A stretch of DNA of 64,000 bases. Source: Tubulanus polymorphus (Eukaryota; Animalia; Nemertea). Where the stretch lies: assembly GCF_964204645.1 (NCBI RefSeq), contig NC_134033.1:7200655-7264654 (forward strand), written 5' to 3'. The notes beneath the pieces are model-generated. The model was not told the origin of the DNA. It did not search any database and worked only from the letters and a program-made list of their open reading frames with translations. Each line of letters opens with the position of its first letter. The stretch's first letter is position 1. A program made the position numbers and the translations under genes. Of this stretch, positions 52,801 through 64,000 are shown one piece after another.

Positions 52801-55800
52801 TATGGATATTGGATACAAAGAAAACCCAGATTCAGATTATTCTTTATGTTCGAATGAGAAGATTATTCTGTTTGAATAAAGATTACTCATTATTTAAATG
52901 AAAAGACTATTTAGTTTCACCAAAATTTTGCTTTTTGGGACGAAAAATGCTTCGATGAAACAATGTATCTGCTCGAACAAATAAAAACTCAATGCTCTGA
53001 AATCTTGTTCAAATGAAAACAATTCTGTTTGATCAAACAATACGCTTTTTGTTCGAAGGAAAACTTTTCTTCGCTCTGACAAGAAAATCGAATAAAAAGC
53101 TGTTATTGTTGAAATGAAAAACTTTTTGTCCTGACAAAAAATTTTGTTGAGTGAAAACAATTTCGTTCGAACGAATGTTTGAATGAAATTTTGAATGAAA
53201 ACAATTCTGTTCGATTGAACGAAATACTATATACTTTTGGTTGAACCAAAAACTTTTTACAATATACTTGTTTCGACCAAACAACGTAATGTTCTGACAA
53301 GAAAATTTTGTTCAAATTAAAACGACTCTTAATCGATTACACAATTGTTCTAACGAAAAATCTTTCGTTGGACAAAAAAGTTTGTTCGAACTGACACAAC
53401 TTTGTTCTAACGATTTTTTCAAATTGGTTCAATCGAATGAAATATTATTGCTTCGAACAAAAAATCTTTTGTCCTGACGCAAAAAAAGATCTTTCTAGGG
53501 CACCGCAGTAACTTAAAGCTGAATGTAGGTCAGCCTTGCGACGCGCTCCTCGCGTTGCGTCGCAAGTGTGGGCGCAAGTTGGTTGCAACACGATTTTCAG
53601 TGACTGTGTGCGACTAGTTTCTGCCATCGCAAGAGCGCGTAGGTCACTTGCCACGGTCGTGTTGCGTCGCGTCACAGAGAGTAGAACATGTGCGACTCCT
53701 TGTGACTGGATCGCTGACAGTCACAACCCGTCGCAAGGGAGCATAGGTCGATGAGTCATTGCGACGCAATCGTCACTTGCGGTCGCAGTGACATGAAATA
53801 CCAGTTTCATCAATGATGAAAAAATTCAAAGGAAAAGTCTGGCTTAATAAAGCTGTCTGCTCAAACGATATTTTTTTTAAATCTTCATTTTTGCCAATAA
53901 AATTGATAATTGTGATTGATCATTAAGAAGTCAGAACCAGTTAATCACTTATTAACATGCATTTTAATAAATCTGATTCCTCCTTTACAGTGAACTTAGT
54001 TTTAACCTCATAGAGGCTACGCTACTAGTCTATGTTGGTCTATGTAAGCGTAGGCCTAAAATCCGGAGAGATTGGTTGTAGGCCTATTGAATTTCTTGCC
54101 TGAATTTTATTTCAAATTTTGTTTTGAAATTCAATCCAATGAGTACATTAATAAACGCAACAATTATACTGGGTTTGTTTGATACAGTAAAGCTCAGTAC
54201 CTATAGGCCTAAAGCCTAAAGGTCGCGTACAATGATATTGTATTTACATTTACATTTGTATTTATTTTAGTAAATACCTTGTGCATTTGACAAAGTTCGG
54301 TATGTACTATAGGAGCGGCCGAATAAAGTAATATATTCTTTTATTTTGATACCTCGTCGACACAACAGCTTTTCTCCACTATATCTCTTCGGCGTGTTTA
54401 GTTTAGGCCTACGACTCCCCGGTACTCTAATGATTAATCTTAGTAAATACACGGTTAATTTAGTAAAGAAAAATAGCTCGACAGTGCTTTTAAAATCTAA
54501 AGTAGTAAATTTCCTGAGTATCGGTAATATGATTTGATGAGGAAAATGGGCTTTTGTTAAAACTAGTTTTTAAAAACCGCGGCTGAATGTGCAATCTTTC
54601 GGTAATAAATTTGTTAATTTATGCTTGAATTGATAATCGACGTGGCAAGAAACGTGCGGTAGGCGTTCGGTAATGTAAAAAAGCCTGTACTTTTGACAAA
54701 AAAGTATGGAAAAAAATAACAATAATAATAAATATAGCTGCATAGCAGCGATAACGGGTTTCTGCCTAATTGGTTCATAGGTCGAACTGGGAAGCGTACG
54801 AAGATTTCATCGAAATAATTCTAGCCCATAACATATGACCATTTGTCAAAGCATCGAAGCAATACAGTCCAACTTGTTTATGTCTCAGATGGAGCCAGGG
54901 CCGTCATTATATTGCTGACTTATCCAAATTACACTTACACAGCGCAACGTTTTTCAGTGTGTAAACTCCGTCGTACTCGGCATTATAGGACAGTGAGGAA
55001 TTGAATTTTAGCCACCTGAGCCCTTGGCTTGATTCGAGCAAAAGACCTTAAATGACTTCACAGAATTTGATTATGAGTCTAGGAATTTCTGAATTTTTGA
55101 AGAATGCTTTCTCTGGTTTTGAGATCAATTAAAAATCCCTACCATTCACTCCTGAATACATTAGTAAATAATTAGTCAAATAGATTCTTATTTTATTGAA
55201 AGAAATTCTACTGAACATAGATTTTGAAATGAATTATGTGTCGATTGATCCAGACGAAATAATTACAGCTAAATCAACTGACGATCAACAAGGTGAAGTT
55301 TTCATTTATCATCGGATAATTTGTCTACCCATGATGATACAAGCATTTTGGCGACATCTTTTGAAACCTCAACGCTTTAGTCAGTCACAGTCGATTTTCA
55401 TGCCATCTGACCTCTTTCCACCTGTAAATAAGCAATCTAATGTAAGAATTACTCAGCTATGTAATATAATAGAGGAGCGAAAGAAAGTATAATATTTAAA
55501 TCGTGCGTTTGCCGTGAAACATCTATTACAACTGTCTCGCAGAGCATAGACACCGACCATTAAGCCATGTGGATTCGGTATTTTAAGGGCTATACGGTTT
55601 ACTCCAAAACAAGTCTCTGATAAATTTTTAAAAGCTTCATATCAAGGGTATATCGTAGGACTCTTGATGCTCGTAAATTATCATCCCATAATAACAATGA
55701 ATCCAATTCTGCATGTACACTAGCAGGACTGATTACTGATCCAAATATTTTAAACATGACATTAGAAAAAAACAATTACACAAAACGTCAAGTACTAACA

Positions 55801-55974
55801 GCATCTGAGACGCTTAATTTGAAACGTACACTTGCACACTGTGGTTTAAATATATTCCCACCAGCTGCAAGAATCGGCAAAGGAATTGAAGACCGTAGTG
55901 ACCAGTTCATTCCATGAATAATAATAGCTGGAAAGAAAGAATCGAAATACATAGTCGTACACACGAGTGTAAGC

Positions 55975-56312
55975 CAGCCCCTTACCAACTACTTAGGCTT
56001 TCCACTGGCTTTACGCGCTACATTTAGGGCCTAAATCTATTCTAGGCGTATCCCCCAAAAAGCTAGGTGTTAAGTTGCTAGCCAACGATGATCATTGCTT
56101 CATCGAGTATATGTTGCCGGATCTGGTTACGGTCCAAATAGATAGTCGTATAGGCCTACATAAATGTAAACCAGTCCCTTACTAACTACTAAGGCTTTCC
56201 AATGGCTCTACACACTACATTAAAGGCCTAATCTATTCTAGGCGAATCCCCCAAAAAAGCTAGGCATTAGGCAAGTAGTAGGTAGCCAACAATGATCATT
56301 GCTTTGCCGAGT
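55975..56312. repeat. local direct duplication, period about 200 bp
   Basis: CCCTTAC.AACTACT.AGGCTTTCCA...ATGATCATTGCTT occurs twice. Confidence 0.75.
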
Positions 56313-59028
56313 ACTCATTTGCTATCATATGTACTCATATCACAGCACCACCCAGTGGAAAGGTAACCTCAACTGCAGTTAGACCAAGAAATCATGTCTA
56401 ACATTCCCTGGTTAGTGGATTCTCACCTTAAATTGCATAAACTCAGCTGTCGTCATCGACCCGAGTAGTCAAGTGAACGCAGAAGTAAAATTCCATAGGA
56501 AAATCCCTACCATTTCTGTCCATATTACGTTGATTTGAGCCAGAAATCTTCAGGAAATGTAGCCAACGTAAATTGATTTACTAATAGAATTAATCAATTG
56601 ACTCATTCTAGGGATCATAGTTCATCAAAGTCCTAAAACTCGACATAAATTTGCGATTCAATTAAGCTAATAATGATTTCAACCATCCACCATGTTGGCT
56701 GCATATTGTCCGCAGTAATTTGTAGGCTTTGCGGGATGTACTTTATCAATGGATGATAATGCTTTGCGTTATTCTTGTCGCTGTTTAGACCCGGTAATTA
56801 CACGGAATAAATTCATAATAAATTACTATACGCAAATTCGAAATGGTCAGGCACTGAGTTATATTTCTGACAGAAATGAAAATTACGTTTATAAGCTGTT
56901 AGTGGTCGAATCTGAGAGGAGTTACATTTTATGAAAAAATTTTGGCTGGAAAGTGGAAAATTTATTATAATAATAATAATAGGCTAATCAACAGAATTAC
57001 AAGAGGGTTTCTGCGAAAGCAGCAAGAACCCTAATAATCATGCGAATATCAATAGGGTTTTCTGTGAAGAAACAGAAAACCCTAATTACTTATATCAGAC
57101 AACACCAGTGGGAATATACTACTAGTGATTGGCAATCGCTATGTCGCTTCAGGTATTCCTTACTCCCACCCCCCTGGGGAAAAAATATCTGGACTCGGCA
57201 TTTAATCACGAAATAACATGTTCAAACTAAAATACAGAATGCCAGTCATTTTGACTTGTACACACGGATACAACAGTAAAAAATGCAATATGTGTGCATT
57301 TCAAATAATTTCACTTTGTTGTCTTGTCTGTGGAAATGAATTCTCTTTGGATATTCAAAAGGTTTATTTTGTTGTACGCATTCTCTTGTATTGAATTGAA
57401 TTGGTCAGGTCCATTCAATGTGTGCCGCATTGGCAGTCATATTAATTAGCATCCGCAAATTTCAGCGTTTCTCCTTGTCGCCGATACTAGAAAGGTATCA
57501 AGTCAATTCAAAATACTTTAGTCTACCACAAAGCATCAATTGCTAGATATGAAGACTAACTGCAGCAGCCTATACTTAGTGATGTTACCGTTCGTGATCA
57601 TTGTTTTCAGAATACTTATAGGACGTCAATTTCATTAGTGAATTGAAGTTCCCTCTTCTCCTATGACTCTCCTACCCTCTTGCAGTTAACACTATTACAA
57701 GTTCTAATTGGCTATTTCACGGGATGTGATCTTGAATATGTCAATTACCACCTATGCCTTGACTGCTATTGCAGGCCTATCCCATCCAGAATTGTGTTTT
57801 CACTCAAATAAGACAAATTAGACAACATAAATTTAGATTCAAAACGATAGCTAAAATATACCATTATTGTTACATTACTTCAATAACTTGAGTAGCCTAA
57901 AAGTATCCTCGCTTGCTAGGGTTTGATTACCTTATTGGTCTATTACACTGCCCATGATTTATTGGGCGGAGAGGTTGCCTCTTAGCGGCCGCTATAGATC
58001 TAACCAGTGTGGTATTGATAGAGTGAACCTACCGGAGAAAAATAAAACATCCGAAGAATTGGCTAGACTTGAGGACGCGGAGCGGCAAACTGTTCATCAA
58101 AGAAATCTTGGGCGGTATAATAATTGATGGGTTGAAGGGTTTGCGTCTATGGTTGGTTTAGGCATGAGCTTCTCCAGGCAATCAAAACTCTGGCAAGCGA
58201 GGATGGGCTAACAAAATTCAATTACAATCTAAAATAGCTTTATTGTTGTTTTTGATTGTTGCTTTTGTACAGTAAACAAGCAGCGATTTTACAAGGAACA
58301 TTTGCACAGCACGCCCTAGTGATCAAATTCGGAAAACGGCTCTAACTTTTTAGCCCTTTGCCCATAGTATCTGCATGATACCAAGTTTCGTCATGATCAG
58401 ATGATTGTAGGACTAGTAGCATTTTAAAAGCACCACTTGTAAACCGCACCCTTAAGGTCAAATTTAGAAAATGGCTCTATAAATTTTAATAGTATTAATA
58501 TGGCAGGAGATTGTACACATTCGATTCATGTATTTTCAGCTTTTTACTCAACTCAGCTGCTTACAGTTATGACCGATTGTAGGTAAAAATGTCACCAAAT
58601 CTTGCTACATAGGAAAAAATGCCACCGTTAGAAATGCCACTTTTTGTATAGAAGGAAAAAATGCCACCGGGAAAAAATTATTTACATACATAGATTTAAG
58701 TTGACTGTAATTATCAGTCATTTTGTCAATGATGTTTCTATTGAATTTCCAACTTACTATTGTATTTGGCTATATTTTAGTATCCCTAAGTTTCCCCACT
58801 TTAAATTTCTTTAGTTTGTGGCTGGTTTTATGTTGTATATTTCCCATTATAGAACTATTATGTTGTATATTTCCATTATCAATCAGTTCAAGTTTCGATG
58901 CAAATTTGACCTTAACTCTAATCCTAACTCCGTAACAAATTATTAGTCTGTGTGAAAATAAACTGTGGAATTATTATCATTTTGTTTGTTTAGACATTAA
59001 AAAAATCATTGTATGTTACTTGTTAATC

Positions 59029-61045
59029 AAACTAGGTCCAGGGACCCCATGCCCACTTGGGAAGTGGTTTCAAATGCTCAACAATCTAACAATTTCAATA
59101 TTCAATGCCCCCTGGTGACCATATACAAAAACCAATGACCTTGAAACTCACCACAATCATAGAACATGTCAGCAGCCATGATTTTGTAATTTATTGTGAT
59201 AACAAAATATACCTCGTTACCAATTTAATATGGAAATACTAAGTTATTCTACTATTCAACGCCCACTGGTGACCATATTCAAAACCCAATAACCCTGTAA
59301 CTCACTACAATCATAGAACATGTCATGAACTACAACTTTGCAATTGATCATGGTAACAAAATATGCCTAGGTACCAATATTATATGGAAATACTAGGTTA
59401 TTCTACTATTCAATGCCCCTGGTGACCATAGAATAACTAATTTCCTTTAAACTCACCACAATCATGGACGATGTCATGAGCTACAACTTTGCAATTGATT
59501 GTGGTAAAAAAATATGTATTGGTACAAATATTAAAAAGTAATACAAAGATATTGTATTATTCAACACCCCTGGTGGCCATATACAAAAACCAATGAACTT
59601 GAAACTCACCACAATCATAGAACACGTTATAAGCTACAACTTTCTCATTCATTGTCGTATAAAAATATGCTTAGGTATCAACATTGTGTCGAAAAACGTT
59701 TTCCCACCTACGAATGAGTACTGATGACACCAAGATGGCCACCAACTGCGTCATAATTGGCTGATCAAAAATACCTGTCTCAGGTATAAAACATCCCTTT
59801 CCGAAGAATACCCATCAGCAATTGCAATGAGAAATGGCAAACCAGTAGGAAGCTTCAGGACTCAGAATTCGGCCCAAAATTGATATTTTTGGGCACTTAA
59901 AAGGTCCTACGATGACCATCTTGAGTCCGATCGACCCAAGTTATGCTGATGGCCCTGGGGGGATGGGGGTTCAAATATATACGAAAGATCAAGGTAATTG
60001 ATCAAGGGGTCTTCAAAATTTCCCTCAAAAAGTTCAAAAACGCATAAAAAGTGCTGATTATGGTGAACAATGGCTGCCAGTCGGCCATCTTGATTCTGAC
60101 AGGGCCAGTTTTTGAGCTGAAGATGTGTCTAGGGTAGATACTTGTATAGACTAAATACAGGGTTCATTGTGTCACTGCTGACAAAAATTCACTGCTATTC
60201 ACTGCCAATGATGCCAAGTCAAATTCACTGCCATTTGGCTACCTAGTAAAGACATGTTACCAAAAGACTACGGATAGAGCCAAAACAAGACTACGGATAG
60301 AGCCAAAACAATCAAACACCCGCTGAAGAACCAAAAAGCACTTACTAATTATATTCGCATAATACTTCCACCGGCTCCAAGTTCGTTCGATTTCATGCAA
60401 ATTCTACATCTAAACTTATGAATACAATTCGGAACACGTTCAATCCAGTTACGGTACTCCGGATGATGAAGCCATGAATCTTGAAATGTACATTTTCCCA
60501 CAGTGTAACGGGCCAGAGATTTTTAAAAAATCCGAACGCAAACCACCGCCATTTGCAATTTTGTGAAACAGGTGCCTGGACCTGGTAGCAATGGCAACCA
60601 TAAAAATGAACTCGTGAATAAAATTGAATTGAATTGGTTGGCACATCGATAGTCACAACACCAATGAATAAAATGAAATTGAATTGCCGTCGGCATGACA
60701 TCGTCTGTATATTTTTTTGTTCGAAACTCAACGAAATTTCTCGTGACATTTTAAAATTGCCAATCTCAGACAAAATTGAACACATTTAAAAATTCACTGC
60801 CCCCTTTCCCATTTCCACTGCCTTTCTAAAAAATTCACTGCTATTAACAGCTGTGAATAGATTTTTTTCAATTCGCTGCTATTCACTGCTTTCACTGCCC
60901 GCGACGAACCCTGTAAATATCAAGACATTACCTTGAAGCGTCTTCAAAACTTCCAAAAATAACTGGATTCAGTCTACGGACGGACAAACAGACGAAAAGT
61001 GAACGCAATAGCTCACTGGGATTTAAGTCACAAGTGGGCTAAAAA
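59029..61045 (-). mobile_element. HINE family 1, copy 3, with nested TIR element
   Basis: Same ends and four tandem units of about 150-155 bp. Confidence 0.8.
60158..60913. mobile_element. non-autonomous TIR element CAGGGTTC...GAACCCTG
   Basis: Short TIR, many subterminal TTCACTGC motifs, TAAATA duplicated on both flanks. The host HINE rejoins across it. Confidence 0.75.
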
Positions 61046-61399
61046 TGTACATTACTTGTTAATCTTACAAATTATTAGTCTGTCTCAAAAAAAAACTGTG
61101 GAATTATTATCATTATTTGTTCATTTTAAACTGTTGAAAAAAAAAATCGTTGGTGGCACTTTTACCGGTGGCATTTTTTCCAACAGCTGAGTATAAGATC
61201 TTCTAGAAACTCAATAATTGAATATCTTCATAAAGGTTGAACAAAGCCATTCAATGTTGAATGATTATATTATGTTGTAGACATAATGTATACTTGAAAT
61301 CAAAGATGCCCATGAGTCAACAATGCTTGAATAGCAGTGAATCTATACCATGCTGATAAATCTAATTGCAATCATTAGGATCTTTTGACAGTAATTTCT

Positions 61400-61870
61400 G
61401 ATCTAACCTCACGATCAAAATTCAAATTTACATTACATATAATTGGTGCATTGCTATTGCAATGCCTCATAGTTTCCAAAGCGGTTGATTGAATCTGATG
61501 AATAATTGTTAAAATCAATTTGACTGAGATGTCCCATTGTAACATTTTGCACTAGGGTCTTATTGTTTCGTGTACTTCTGAACATTTAACAATCCGGAAA
61601 ACTTGTCATCAGTGCAAATTCACAATATCTCATGATAGGATGAAGGTGTATTTTCCATTAACTGCCCTATTTCCCATTGGCATTATTCCTCAACAAAGTC
61701 TCCTGCTGGGATTCCGAGACATCTGAAACGAATAGACGATCCTTTATTCTCCTCCGATACCACAATCAGCAGAAAGTTGCATTTTCATGCTGGTCGACAA
61801 GTTGATACTGTGCATAATTTGAAGAGAGTATAGAAAGCTGTGGGGCAATCCTTGTCGAACGTCTCTTTAA
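61400..61870 (-). mobile_element. highly degenerate LINE RT remnant
   Basis: Frameshifted GIPQ.TLL and FA.DD-like segments in RT order. Confidence 0.4.
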
Positions 61871-62639
61871 ATCTGAATCCTGATTATTAGTTATTCAATG
61901 TATGACCAAGCATGCGACTCGCAGGTCGGCCTTTTTGCTAAAGTATCTGGAGCATACGACTCGTAGGTTGGCCCTTTTCAGTTTCAGAACTTATTCGGTA
62001 TATCTCTAACTTCAACTCTAACCCTATTCCGCTCGGTTTTGTCTTATCTGTCTCAAAAATGTTCATTAGATATTCATAAATGATGACTAGAGTTGACATA
62101 AGCAAAATTTGACATAAACAAACTGATATGTGAGAGGGTGTCAAACTTACAATTTATTATTCAGAACTATGACGATATTAATTATCTTTCGCTAAAGTTG
62201 GAAATGATACCTTGTTTCTCATTTATTATGGAAAACTGTATGCCAAAAGTGAACCAGGCGGCATTTTATTTTTATTTATTCCATAAAAAAGTATGAAGTA
62301 TGATATATTTCCATCAGGCATATATTTCCATTTTTATGTTTTTATTCAAAAACAATTTTCCACTGAAAATTATAGGATATGGTACGAAGTTCTTACTGTT
62401 TGTCAAATACTATTCAAGTACGCCTGTAGGTCTAGTTTGATTGCCAGATGTTACATCATTCCCACCTTCCTGTTTTTCCCAATTTTCATGGGTACATCAA
62501 CTATTCAACTATTTAAAAAAGGCTCCAAGGCACTTACAAAGAAATACATTAAAAAGATTAAAGCCATACATAAAATCGTGCGAGAACCCAATTAAAGTAC
62601 GAATCAACGACATTGTAAAATTAACAACTAAAAGTCTGC

Positions 62640-63265
62640 TTAAAAAAGTGTGTTTTCAATGATCTTTTAAAACATTTAACCTTTTCAATCGATCTAAGAG
62701 AACTTGGTAAAATATTCCACACATCAGGAGCATTAACTCCTAAAACTTAGTAAAAGATCTATCACCAAATCTGTTAAAAGTACGTGGCACTACAAGTAAA
62801 TTGTGACTTATAGATGATCTTCAGGACTGGTAGGTTGGTATATCTGAAGCATGTTTACGAGATAGTTTGGAGCCTGGTTATGTAAAGCACGGAAAACGAA
62901 TAAAGCTATTCTGTACACTATACAGTATCTAATTGGTAACCAATGCAAATCTTTAACACAGGAGTAATGTGTTACCTATGTTTCCTCCTAGTAATGATTC
63001 TAGCTGCTGAATTTTGAACTCTTTGTAAACGTAATTGATGATCTGGAATTCCAAACAGTAACGCATTACAGTAGTCTAACCTTGAGGTAACTAGAGAATG
63101 AACAATTAACCGAGCAGCATCTTTAGACAGGTAACTCCTAATGCGACAAATATTCCGCAAGTGATAATTACATAATTTAGTGACAACTGTAACATGCGAA
63201 GCCATAGCTAGTGACTTGACTTGTCGAAAAACACGCCTAGATTGCGAACAACATGTTCAGGATAA
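62640..63265 (-). mobile_element. 3' part of an L2-clade LINE ORF2
   Basis: HLRNICRIRSYL..LVTSRLDYCNALL..LQRVQNSAARII, then HITPVLKDLHWLP and GDRSF. Confidence 0.85.
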
Positions 63266-63637
63266 TTCCTAACTAGCGTGGCTTAAAATAAGCTTCAGTA
63301 AATATCAAAGAAACGCCATTAGAATGGGAAGTAATGATTCAATCACGTGAAAATACTAATTAAGTGCTTTGAATTAAAAATCTTAAATAAATGAAAATAT
63401 ATTCTCTAAATCCAAGACAAAATTAATATCATCTGCATGAACAAAATCTAAATTACCATATATCTACAGACTAATTCTGATTCAATTTCAAAAATAAAGG
63501 ACCAATGGTCCAGTGGCTCATTAAACTTGTGTGAAGCAAAAAATCTGTCACGTAGGCTACCGGTATGCAAAAATTCATTTCATTGAAAATTAAACAAGAA
63601 AAAAAATATAAATAAAGGTCCAATGGCCCTGTGGTTC

Positions 63638-63766
63638 ACTATTAAATCATTGAGTGCATATATTGTCAAAAATATTATACTAAATATAGATTAATTTGGG
63701 CTCACCATTAAATCATTGAGTGCATATATTGTCAAAAATATTATACTAAATATAGATTAATTTGGA
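63638..63766. repeat. tandem duplication, period about 67 bp
   Basis: ATTAAATCATTGAGTGCATAT...GATTAATTTGG occurs twice. Confidence 0.9.
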
Positions 63767-64000
63767 TTGAAGATGTATGAGGCTGACAATTATGCACCTG
63801 CGATTGTGTGAGAGTGCTGTGTATACTATCATTGCCGAGTCACTGTGCTATACATAGTCTCGCTCAGGTGATTGCTAACAAGCGCAGCCATATACTGTAA
63901 CCTATATTCGAAACACACACGGCTGACTGCTTACGAGCGTATATACAAATGTACTAGCGACGCAGTATTAGATTGACCGAAATTTCACAAGTCAGAATCC

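Noticed and set aside
52826-53800. TTCGAAC-rich and TGCGAC/GTCGCA-rich tracts with several ORFs
   Set aside because: They look like internal or subterminal repeats of non-autonomous DNA transposons. No ends or coding motifs could be defined.
55800-55960. YFDSFFPAII..WN-like segment resembling a CR1 3' end
   Set aside because: Too short and degenerate to call with confidence.
51012-64000. Search for arrestin exon 1; candidate donors near 54276, 54352 and 62210
   Set aside because: Each has an in-frame stop before any ATG, or lies in a repeat. Exon 1 is probably outside the window or was not recognisable.

Overview
AT-rich, repeat-dense animal genomic DNA, probably from an invertebrate; the repeat landscape looks lophotrochozoan-like (inference). 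It is not prokaryotic. One host gene spans at least 51 kb on the minus strand: a beta-arrestin (ARRB/kurtz type). I can read coding exons equivalent to vertebrate exons 2-10, of 31, 61, 242, 60, 68, 136, 85 and 73 nt, all with GT-AG borders and consistent phases. Exon 1 was not found and exons 11 onward lie left of the window. The key observation is that the 73-nt exon 10 is present twice (1776-1848 and 199-271). Both copies are intact, differ at many silent sites, and would frameshift if spliced together, so they look like a mutually exclusive exon pair. The pair swaps the C-domain segment carrying a phosphoinositide-binding Arg and receptor-selectivity residues. The introns are filled with transposon debris: a Sola1-like DNA transposon with a spliced, dead transposase interrupted by a solo LTR; many Helentron-type non-autonomous elements (HINEs), almost all in one orientation; MITEs; CR1, L2 and RTEX LINE fragments; and a Penelope-like fragment with a minimal hammerhead ribozyme motif. 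TE family names are from motif recognition, not database searches. TE boundaries without a TSD are approximate.
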